Positions 30,501-41,300 of a stretch of 64,000 nt of DNA are shown here, piece after piece. The stretch spans positions 1 through 64,000 of the forward strand of contig PDIP01000094.1 of NCBI GenBank assembly GCA_002811645.1. Direction: 5' to 3'. Every line of letters starts with the position of its first letter. The first letter of the stretch is position 1. The stretch comes from Corallochytrium limacisporum Hawaii. Its lineage: Eukaryota > Protista > Pluriformea. Made by a program: the position numbers and the translations under genes. The notes beneath the pieces are model-generated. The model had not been told where the DNA came from. It ran no database searches and saw only the letters and a program-made list of their open reading frames with translations.

Positions 30501-33242
30501 TATACACGCCGATTTCCTGGGAAAGGTCAATTCAAATTCAGTAATGAATGTACTGCCCACTGCCGAGAAAGATTCGCGCTGACTAGGACGAGAGCGGTTC
30601 AGCAAGTGGATGCGAGACCCGCGCGTGTGTCACACTACACACGCACAGCGAGGAAGGGAGGGGAGCGCTTCGACTCCGACCCAGGCACATGCGTGCGAAC
30701 GGTCAAGCGACCCATCCGTTCCCACACTAATATGCACAGTTGTTCTCTTCTTAACCAATACATTTATTATTGAATTCGACTATCTGTTGGCGTGGATACG
30801 TGGGTTCAACATTTCCCCTCTGATCATTATAGTTCTCGGGCCCCCATGTGGTGCCCAAATTTCTTTCTATTTACGTCGTTGTGTTTTGATATGTGGTACT
30901 AAATGTACCAGATTCCCTGTCACACTGCTAAAAACTGCGAACGAACCGGTAACGGTATTTTGCCCACCCGTCCTCCTCCCCCCCCATGTGCGCAGCGCTG
31001 TGGTTTTCTTGCGGTACTCAAGGAACCGGAACACCGTGGCGTTGTGGCGCCCAGATGATCAGGATGACACATCGATGGCTGCCGCGAAAACGTCAGGCAG
31101 TCTCTCAGAAGCCGATAGAAATTAATGGCCGTCTGCGGAATATTGGTTCCCGTAGGGCTGGTGCCGCACTGGCCGAAAACAACAAACCAACGTAGAACGA
31201 AGCTGAAAAAGAACAACACCGCCCCGGCAGAAAGTTTCCTACATTGGGTCGTATTAGTACTGAATATACTAGTGAGAAGTTTGAGAACACTTCGTCCCCT
31301 GGGATTCTTCTGCCGTCTTTCATAGTGTCTTACTCCCATCCCCCATGTGCCCCGATGGGCTTGAGAACCAAAGGCGAAGGATCTCACCATCGTGCTCTGT
31401 CGGTCCCAATGGGGCAAAATCAATACTGAATGTACACAGTCCTGGAACGAAAGTAAGAACACGCACGGAGTTTTCCGGGGCGGGTGTCCGTGGATTTGCG
31501 GCGGAGCAGGAGGAAACGAGTGAAAGGGGGGGGGGGGACAAAGAGGTGCCAGAGCGCTCTCTCCTTCCCCCCCTCCCTCCCCTCCTCCCCCTTTTTCTCT
31601 CCTTACCAAAAAGTATCAGACGGTCCACAGACATGGACCAGCCACCGCTCCCTCCCGGGGGGACCCCGGGGGGGAGGGAGGGAGGGGGGGAAGGCGCGCT
31701 AGTGCACCAATGACTGAGACTGCAAACCTTCAGAAGAGAAATTTTTTAACTCAATTTTCTTTCTTCGTTATTGAATGATCCATCGCTCAGTGCGATTGTA
31801 CAAGGCGAAGGAAAAATTCAGTCTTGTAGTCCCGGTCAAAAAGTGAGAGGGACTAGGGCCTTGGATCACCTTTTCACGTACTGCACACACCCTTTATTCC
31901 TTCCTTCTCCCGATGCTGGCGGTCTGAGATGGTGTGTTTGTAGTACATTGACTATAGAATGACGAGCCCATGCGGAGAGATCAGCAGACAAAGCACGTTC
32001 CCGTTTCTTATGCCACCTCTCCACTGTTGCCGAATGTCTCGAGCCTGGCGGATTCCTGGAGGTTGCGAGGTAGGGAGTGGAATTTTGTGTCCATGGCAAG
32101 TACTAAACGTACCTGCATTTGGAGATTCGGTGATGGAGTTCGGGTGGGTTGTATCCCTCCTCTGACGTAAATGATCGACTGTGGCCAAGGCAATGGATGG
32201 AGTCAATAGAAGAAAGTTTTTTTTTCGCAAACACCACCAGCTGAGAGGGGAGGCTCCCGTGATGACAAAGTTTGAGAGCCTTGACTTACTATAGAATGAG
32301 GACTACATAAATGTGGAAGCAAAGCCGAGCAGGGAGCACCAAGAGCTAGTCCCCGCGTGCCCGACCTTCACGGCAGGAATTCACGTCAAATACCCGACAA
32401 GAAAATTCTTTTTCTTCGTTTGTTTTTGTTCTATTCTGCCCCTGTACCCTCTCATTCGCACCCAGAAAGTCCATATTTACAAACCTCAGCATTGTGAGGG
32501 TCCGTCCAGTTGGAAAAAAAAAACAAGAAAAATATTAAACACTCTCCAGGCTCCCCGCTGCGCCAATTCGCAAAGCGCGAGTGGCTGGACGGCAGAGAGA
32601 CGAAGCAGAGGGGAAGCGGGAGGAAGGAGAGAGAGTTTCAGTACAAACCAAATAAGCCTCACTGTGTCAGAAATATGTATACATTAAGTACCGATGTTGT
32701 GACCGCCACATGCCGCGTGGCTAGGAAAAGTTTTCAGCCCGGGTCAAACAGCTTTCGAAGTTTGTGGAGGAAACAGCCGCCCCCCCCCCTCGGGCCGAGG
32801 GGGGGTGTGGTGAATGAGAATCCCCGGAGTGCCTTCTCCCGCTTCTTACAGGACAAGTGAGAGACCAACAGCGGCGGCAGCTGCGCAATCAATACATTTA
32901 ATACCACACACACATCTTCACCGAATGGTAGTGGTAGGAAATATTTTCCGGACCGGAACTAGCCAGAGAGTGAAGCCCAGGGCTTGGAGGGGGCCCAAAC
33001 CAAAAAAAAAAATGGGGCGGGAGGGGATAGCGAGACAGCGCGGGCAGGGGACCACACGCACCAAAATCGAAAGATGGTCGGCCGACCCGTTAATTGGGCC
33101 GTTAAACTTTCATTGCGTCAACAGCTGTTACCCGTTCGGATCTTTGGTGTCTTCATGGTAATAACAAAGGCGGCAAAACAGAAACGGCCACTTTGGCGCA
33201 CTACTACCAACTTGTTTTTGGGGTCCTACTTTTGTTTGTGTT

Positions 33243-33317
33243 GTGTCGTGTGTGTCGTGTGTGTCGTGTGTGTCGTGTGTGTCGTGTGTGTCGTGTGTGT
33301 CGTGTGTGTCGTGTGTG

Positions 33318-33371
<54 letters not shown>
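33243..33371. repeat. 9-bp tandem repeat (CGTGTGTGT, ~9 copies) running into a (GT)n microsatellite
   Basis: C occurs every 9 nt from 33247 to 33319, followed by ~50 nt of pure GT. Confidence 0.97.
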
Positions 33372-33374
<3 letters not shown>

Positions 33375-35042
33375 GTTCCGGGTTTTTTTTTTCTACCCCA
33401 AAGGGAGAGAGGTGAGAAGTAAAGGGAGAAGGAGAGCAAGAGAAACGAGGTGGTGGGGAAGGGGGGGGGACGGCGGCCTCATGAGTTTTGTGTCAGCTCC
33501 AGGGAGAGAAGGCGAGGAGGAGGAGGCCTCGCGGGAGGGGGGCCTACCTAGCGGCTTGCATGCACACTCCCGGCCTAGCACGCCTTGTGCTCATTTGATT
33601 GGGGTGCCATACTGTGTTGCAAGGGCCAGTGTCTGGTAATTTCATAGTGAGCGTACCACAGATCGGGAACGGGTGAAATCGAAAAGAAACAACATGCACC
33701 TGGGGGGGGGGAGGCGCGCAAAAATGTCTCTGCGACGAAAAACCCGGGATGGGCCCACCGATCTTCATAGTGAACGTACTGAAGTCGTAAAATATCCAGA
33801 ACCGGGCAGGCCGCTGGCTTGGTATCACGAAAGGGTTCACCATATAGGTCTTCCAAAATCACAGTATCGATCACTCATATTAATTACCTCATGGTTTTTC
33901 CGTTTGACAATATACCTATGCCGTTCAGGGCTGCAGTACGGCACGGGTCGGGCTTACAATTTGTTCAGGAAGTAAAGACAAAAAAGGCTGCGAACGTCTG
34001 GTCTCGATCCCATACTGAATATAGTGCCATAGTTCGGGAGTCCAAAAAAAATCCATCCAGGAACACCCGGTGTGCCACAGTGGTAGGTGTGTCTTGGAAG
34101 GCGGACGAAGGGGACCCCAGCCCTCGGCGGTTGGATGCCTCCGAGCTTCTCGAGATTCTTAATTTCCTCAGCCTGGTGCGGTACAAAGTGTATGGCAGGC
34201 CGCTCCCCGCGGGGGAAGGAAAAGGGGAGAAGGAGGGGAAGGAGGGGAGGGGGAGGCAGGGAAAAGGGGAGGGCGAGGCCGAATGTGGTCCGGGTTGCAG
34301 GGTGGTGTGTACGTGTATTTTGAAAAAGGCTAGGGGAGGGGGGGGGAGGCAAAACAAAAAATGGTTCCGGGCTGACCCCTGTGTTTGACCAAAGACAGCG
34401 AGAATATTGGGGGGGGGGGCAAGTGGGAGGGGGAGAGAGAGAGAGAGAGAGACCCAGCGGGCCCCCCGGGGGGGGGGTCCAACACCAAAAAGAAAAGGAA
34501 AGAAACCTTTTTTTTTGCCGTCCCCCTTTCACTCTCCCCTCCCCCATTTCTCTTCTGAGGAAATTTGGAGGAGGAAGCGACGGAGAGTTCAGAGGACCAT
34601 TGTAACCAAAAAAAATTAAGAGCTATTGCGCATCAAATGCGAATGGTTATGCAGTGGCTGCGTGACCTTGCCCCTTGCATCAATAAAGAACACCAGCATT
34701 CAGTGACCAAGAAAAAGTTGTGTTTATTGTACGGGTGAGCAGACAAGGACATGGAGACTTGGGTGCTACTTGAAAGTGCATACGTAGGAAATCAAGCATC
34801 AGTACCTTTTTAAGCTCCATTAGAAATATCGACGGAGGACTGTGAGGAAGTCATAGTTAAGTTGAGCGAAAGACCAAACAAGAGAAGAACAACATATTCA
34901 AGGGTTAAACAATGTGCAGTTCTATTCAGACGGCCTTATAAGAGAAAGAAGATAAACTGTGTTGGTTGTTTATTGAAATCACGGATACAAAGGGAGTAAA
35001 TTTTCATACGTTTTAAAGAATTTTTCCATCATCTCTGGGCCA

Positions 35043-37499
35043 ATGCCTATGAACACAACATCCAAGATGACGGGTGGACTCTTTAACGATTTCAGCTTCA
35101 ACCACTCGCCACAATATGACCGAGATCTGAATCTCGAAGACATTGACGCGCTTTTAAAGGGTACAGCCTCTAAGCAGCACCACCACCAGCAGCAGCAGCA
35201 GCAGCATGCGACCGCCGCCGGTCTCAATGGCAATGGACCGGTTCACCCAGCAGCAGCAAACGGAGGAGTACCAAAGAAGGGGGATACACTTAACGCTTTG
35301 CGTTTCTTTAATGACAGCACCCGCAACAGTAACAACGGCTCCAGGCCAATTACCCTGAACCAGTTTGGTGCTGGCCAGTCACTTGGCGGCACCGCTGTCG
35401 ACGTGGACCCGACCCGCCTGGGTATTGACACAATGGCGTTTGGTCCAGGTTCGTCGGCTGGCAATATCTTTGCCCACGATGATCCCCTCGGAAATACACT
35501 AATCGATGATGTGGTTGGTCCCTCGGAGACCTTCGAGGGTTCCTTCAACCCTTGGGACCTCTTTGACGGTGGAGAAATGAGTAGTGCATCCCCTGGCAGC
35601 CCCACACTGCAGAACTTCAGCCAAGAACCCCTCTTTGGCTTTGATGACATCTTTAATTCAGGCGGTAACAAGAAGGCAGCTGAAAACAACCTGTTCCTTC
35701 CTGGGGCCGCCGCCTCAGCACGATCTGGACTTGCAGTTTCCGGCGCTGGTCGCAAGAGGAAGCTTAGCCAAACCCAGTCGATGCCCGATGCTGGCCGCCT
35801 TCTGGAAGACATGGGCTTCCATGGCGCTCCCCTCACTCGTTCTGAGGATACCAACCTTATGTGGCAGCAGCAACAGAGACAGATGCAGATGAAGCAAAAA
35901 CAGGAACTTGATGAACAGAAGTACGGTGGTGCAAGCAGCGGGACCTCAGCAGCAGCCGCTTCAGCGGCCGGTGGGTCTACCCAGCACCTTGGCGCAGGCG
36001 CCTCATCCGTCGCCTCGACCACGGTTGGTCCGGGACACGGCAGTGGCCTGTTTGACCCTCTGCAGCGGCGCACCACCGGATCTCCGGGTCCCTTCAATCA
36101 GCAGAGCCCTGGAGCACGGGCACCCCCCCGCATCGGATCTCCCATTGCCTCACCACGCAGTGTGGTGAGCAACCGGTCAGAAAGCCAGAGTGATGTACAG
36201 CGCCTGGATCCCTCTGGTAAGGACACTCGCAACCCCGAGGACCAGCAGAAGTTGATTCCTCTGGTGCGCAGCACTCTGATGACCAACCGTCGCGCCCTGG
36301 AGCGCCGCACTCTGATCCTGCGGAACCCTCGCGTGACTCAAAAGTCATACGGTACAGAGAAGCGTTTCTGCTGCCCGCCTCCTACCGCCCACTTTGTTGG
36401 TGACGGCTGGACTGGTGGTGTTGACCTCACCATGGCAGTTGGTGATGACGCAGAACCGCAGAGGATTGTAGTGGACGAGGACGGCCGGGCCATTGCAAAG
36501 AACCTCTACGTCAGCGACAAGGAAGGCCGTCGAGCCTTCCCTGTCAAAGCCGACATTTGCACTCCACAGGGACTCAAGGTGGGGGTCTTTGAATCCAAGC
36601 CCATCAAGGTCATTTCCAAGCCGTCCAAGAAGAAGCAAAGCAGCAAGAGTAGTGATCTGAGCATCTTTTCGGGAACTGAGGTGTCTCTCTTCAACCGTCT
36701 GCGCAGCCAAACTGTGAGCACCAAGTATCTCACGGTCGCACAGTCGGGTCATGGCGAAGGCCAGCGCGGCCGCAATATGACATTGCAGGCAGACAACACT
36801 CGTTGGACCTCTTTCCGTCTGCACACTGTCGATCCGGACCAGGATGATATGTTTGTGCCCAACATTGCCCTGCGCTATGGTCACCACGTAGTTCTTGAGT
36901 GCCCGGAGACTGGCATGCGCAGCTGCACCATGCTGCTTCTCAAGGTTGACAAGGGTCAGGTCTATGCCAAGGGTAACGAACCCGTGAGCCAGCTGCACAA
37001 GGTTGCATTCGCAGTTCCTGCCAGCTCTGGCGGTGGCATTCACGGCGGGTTCCTGGGAGTGAGCAGCGAGGATGTAATCATTGTTGATAACGACGGCTCC
37101 GGTAAGGTTTCTGATTCTGCCACCTGGACCATTACCAGCACGGACACGGCGCAATATTCGTTCTATGTGCCTTCCTGGCCACCGTCGGAACCCCTCACTC
37201 CCGCCCCCTTCGTTGACGTGGTCCGCGTGCAGGGCTCCACTGTTGAATTACACGGCCAGAACCTTTCCCGAGATCTGCAGGTCTGGTTCGATGCTGTACC
37301 AGCAACAACAATCTTCCGCAGTAAGGAGTACATTATTTGTGTGCCTCCACGCTGCATTGAGGTAACCGATGGACGCATGCGGTACCCGCCAGGTCCCGAC
37401 CCACTCGAGGTTCGCTTGACTCTGGTTCGTGACAATGGTGTTATCTTTGACACCGGCAAGGTGTACTCATACATGCCACAACCTCGTGCGTTCTTCTAA
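35043..37499 (+). CDS. CSL: CSL (RBPJ/Su(H)/LAG-1) transcription factor
   Basis: LAG1 domain QKSYGTEKRFCCPPP; SKPIKVISKPSKKKQS; beta-trefoil VSLFNRLRSQTVSTKYL and EPVSQLHKVAF; C-terminal IPT/TIG VELHGQNLSRDLQVWF..ICVPP..LVRDNGVIF. Confidence 0.97.
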   Translation: MPMNTTSKMTGGLFNDFSFNHSPQYDRDLNLEDIDALLKGTASKQHHHQQQQQQHATAAGLNGNGPVHPAAANGGVPKKGDTLNALRFFNDSTRNSNNGSRPITLNQFGAGQSLGGTAVDVDPTRLGIDTMAFGPGSSAGNIFAHDDPLGNTLIDDVVGPSETFEGSFNPWDLFDGGEMSSASPGSPTLQNFSQEPLFGFDDIFNSGGNKKAAENNLFLPGAAASARSGLAVSGAGRKRKLSQTQSMPDAGRLLEDMGFHGAPLTRSEDTNLMWQQQQRQMQMKQKQELDEQKYGGASSGTSAAAASAAGGSTQHLGAGASSVASTTVGPGHGSGLFDPLQRRTTGSPGPFNQQSPGARAPPRIGSPIASPRSVVSNRSESQSDVQRLDPSGKDTRNPEDQQKLIPLVRSTLMTNRRALERRTLILRNPRVTQKSYGTEKRFCCPPPTAHFVGDGWTGGVDLTMAVGDDAEPQRIVVDEDGRAIAKNLYVSDKEGRRAFPVKADICTPQGLKVGVFESKPIKVISKPSKKKQSSKSSDLSIFSGTEVSLFNRLRSQTVSTKYLTVAQSGHGEGQRGRNMTLQADNTRWTSFRLHTVDPDQDDMFVPNIALRYGHHVVLECPETGMRSCTMLLLKVDKGQVYAKGNEPVSQLHKVAFAVPASSGGGIHGGFLGVSSEDVIIVDNDGSGKVSDSATWTITSTDTAQYSFYVPSWPPSEPLTPAPFVDVVRVQGSTVELHGQNLSRDLQVWFDAVPATTIFRSKEYIICVPPRCIEVTDGRMRYPPGPDPLEVRLTLVRDNGVIFDTGKVYSYMPQPRAFF

Positions 37500-38362
37500 T
37501 TGTCCGGGATATGGTGACAAAGTAGTGTTCACCCAGTTCTTTGCCCCTTCGGAACGTCACAAGTCATATCATAAGACAGAGACAAAGAAAATGGTCAAGG
37601 CATTGACTCTGTGTACATGCCACACCAAATCATTAAAAGTATAAGATTTCGTTTAACTCAAAGTTTGTTAGAATATCGCGCCATCGCATGGTCCGACCAC
37701 CTTGTCACTTGGAAATTTCCTGCCAGAAGTTGTGTGTGCGGACGTGTATTAGAAAGCCGGCTCCGGCCGAACCCGGACCACATTGAAATTTGGCCGAATA
37801 TTCCTGCTCACCGCTTCCCAATGTACATTGCATTTCTATACAAACCCAGAGCAGGCTGATCAACCCCACCCATAATGGAGGGGTAGGGAGCCAGGGGTGG
37901 GGAGCGGAGCGGTAAGGGAGACAAGGGGAAGTAAGGGTGAGAAACAGTGGGAGAGTTGGATCACGGGGGGAACGGGACCGGGCCCGAAAACACCCCGGGG
38001 GGAAAATAATGGGCAAGGGGAACCGACCCTCCAAAGAGCGAGGCGGCCGGCCGGGGGAGGGGGTTGGGGGGATGGGGTGGAGAGGGACGATCGAGGAAAC
38101 ACACAGGGAGCCGGTGGAGATGGGCCACCGCGAGCCGGTGGAGGAGAGCGATCCACCTGAAGCATATCTACGGTTCGAAGGAGCTTTTGCCTGGTGGGGA
38201 GAAGGGGGAGGGGAGGGGGGGGGGAAGGAGAAATAAAAAAAGTAAAACGCCAGTGCGGAAGTGGGGGGGTACCCGAACTAAGTTCTTGGGAAGCACATGA
38301 AAAATTAGCGATTAGGACGAATGGTACAATCGTTGGACCTATTTTCTTCACTCCTTTATCGT

Positions 38363-41300
38363 TTACACCAATCCAAAGCCGTGGTAGTTCTCGATGGCTA
38401 AGAGAAGCTTGCGCCGAAGCGTGTCCATGTCTCTGTACTCGGGCAGGTCGAGGATATTGAAGCACGTGTGAGCTACGGGCAGACGGTTGCCATCCGTACC
38501 GCTGCGTTGGATTACAAATTGTAGACTCTCGAATCCACGGACGGGCACTCGGTCATTACCAGTGCAAAATACTAGAAACTTCTTCTTCATTTCCATGCTG
38601 AGTTCGTTAAAAACGGTCCAGAACATGCGGATGGTCGGATGATTCACGTCGTACCCATTGGCATAACGCGTGTTGCGCTCCAGTGCCTTGAAGTCGTAGA
38701 TCTGCCCACCAATGACCAACGTCATCAGTTCTTCTGCATTGAACATCTCCAGCACCGGACCTCCGCAAACAAAGAGGAAACCTTCCATGAAGTTCTGGAA
38801 AGCATCCTTGCAGCGGTCCTGCACAAAGTGACGGATGTACAGGGAGATGTACTCGTGACGATTGTTTTTGGTAACAGGCACCTTACTGCCGTTCTCAATC
38901 AGGTCAAAGTTCTTCAGCTCGCCCACTATCTCATAGCTGACGCTGAAGGTCAATTGAAACACGTCTTCAAAGTCATCTTCGTCATAATCCTCCAGATACT
39001 GGAGGTTTTTGGCAACCACTGGCATCATGATGGCAAAGTCATCCAGTGTAATCTCTTGCCCGAGTAGTCTCTTATACAGCACGATGGGGAACTTCAGGTC
39101 GATGATGGTGAAATTGTATATGGCCAGGCCGCAAATGACGCCCACGACACGGTACATCATCGGATCCTCCCATGACTGGGGACTGAACCAGATATACTGC
39201 GAATCTTCGAGGACTGTGAACATGCCATAGTCCGGCGACGTTAGGTCGCGTACCACCAACATGAAAAACTCTTTCCGCACGCCGCCCTCGTCCACAGCGT
39301 CCTCACCAATGAACTGAACCCGCAGGGGTTTCTTGAAGTCTTTGCTGGTGTTAATCTGCGCCAGTGTATCCTGCAGCAGGTGGTCCCGTCGCACAGTAAA
39401 GACCAGAAATGGATTCTGTTGGCCAGGTAGGCCTTGTGTACCTAACATGGAGGTCATGACCTTCTGTTGCATTACCAGTGCCGCATGGTAGTGGAGAAGT
39501 CCTACTTTCGTGGCAGGGTCGAAGAGGTACGGGTGACTGCAGTACGAGAAACTGCTCTTGGTCTGTGGGTCCACCCAACGCATAAAGTCCTCCGACAGAT
39601 TCAGCTTGCACACTGCCGCATTGTAGAATGTTTGGTGCGGTAGACGAGTCACTATGTGGGTGGCACGGTCCGCAGAACTTACAGTGTGCGCATAGTCCGA
39701 TTCTATCGCCCGATGGTTCTGACCTCGTAACTCTCTGTTCACATTCCACAAGGTGTCCAAGAAGGTGACCGCACTTACGATGCCTTGCATATCCTTGTGT
39801 TTCTCGAGGTAGTACTCAATAGCATTATGCATCACCGTTATCGCCCTGTGAAAACTTGCGTCTGGGAGCTCGGCCAAAAACCGACGGAATTGCTCCTTCG
39901 GTGTCCCCTGCAGGGCCATTTGTATACCACAGAGATATTTGATGGCACTGGAATGATGCACGGGCTCCATGAAAACAGGGCATTCCAAACATATAAACAG
40001 AACTGTGAGCTGCTCTACGAAATTGATCTTGATGCGTGCGAGCTCTCCAATCGCTTTACAGACGCCATTACCAATACTGAGCCGAAGCAGTTCGTCACCG
40101 TATTTCCATATAGCATTGAAGAGAAGTGCCGCTGATTCGGTGTCCACAAAGAGCCTATCAAGAGGATCACCTGGAGGCCGACGAATGAAGCTTCCATTGA
40201 TACACGCTGCAGAAGAGAACAATGTCTGCATATCTTTGCTCTTGACGGTATCCATGAGCACCCGGGCATGCCGATGCTGCTCTTCGTCGTCAAAGGTTGC
40301 TTGTTCATACACCTTGGCCATCATCCGCGCCTCATCAGCGGAGAGAGTCACTGGAATGCTGCCAGCCGTCCAAATCCGTTGGTCCCACAATTGACTCGCA
40401 ACCTGCTCTTTCCTTGCCTGCTCTTCGACTTCCTTACCATCCAGTGAAGTGACGGCAAACACGCTGTGATTGCCGCCAGCAAATACCCGGCTACCTATTA
40501 AACATTTGCCATCCTCAGACCATTTGCCCAATGAGGGCGCTACAGCCTGCGGCAATGTGATCATGTCTGGAGCTCCAGCATCGGACAGGCCCAGCTGGCC
40601 ATTGCCGTTTGCCCCAAAGGCCAAAATCTTTCCTGACTTTGTTACGGCAAGGGTGTGTGCTTCACCAGCATGAATTTGCACAACTTCAGTTCCCATGAGA
40701 TCGATGACCTGGCGCGGATTACTTTGATGTTTGCGATCACCATGGCCCAACTGACCACTACTGCCAGCTCCAAAAGTAAAGATCGATCCACTTCGTGTCA
40801 AAGCAACTGTGTGGTGTTTTCCGCATGCAATCTCCCGAACTTCTGCATGCAAAAGGCTGCGAATCACATGTGGTCGCTCAGTGTGCTTCGTACTACCTGT
40901 GCCTAGTTGCCCAAACTCGTTGCACCCGAAACCGTATAGTACTCCTAGTGCACTCAATGCGACGAAGTGGTATCCACCAGCAGCAATCTTGACAATCGGA
41001 CAGTGTTCCAGCAAGCGAACCATCGCAGGATAGCCGTCGCTCACCCAATTTGATAACCCTAGCTGGCCATTACCATTATCACCCCAGCAGAACAGTTTGC
41101 CATCCCTACTCAGCGCATAGCTGGAGGTCAACGATACTGCAATTGCAACAACGGCAGTCTCAGACTGACCTGGTCCGAAGCCCTTGATGCGGCGCGGTCT
41201 TTCCACCCGCTCTTCGACCCGTCCGTGGCCAAGCTGACCCTGGCTATTGTCGCCCCACGAATAAACGGCTCCGTTTGAGGCCAATGCCAAAGTATGTGCC

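Noticed and set aside
30719-30726. Canonical CSL site TTCCCACA upstream of the CSL gene (autoregulation?); similar sites at 17825, 19722 and 61698
   Set aside because: About 8 YGTGRGAA matches are expected by chance in 64 kb on both strands; no clustering or paired-site geometry.
33243-33371. Tandem repeat as a possible CRISPR or telomeric array
   Set aside because: No spacers, eukaryotic context, and not a TTAGGG-like unit.
32984-33639. ORFs with CVV/CRV/HDT repeats
   Set aside because: These are translations of the GT microsatellite.
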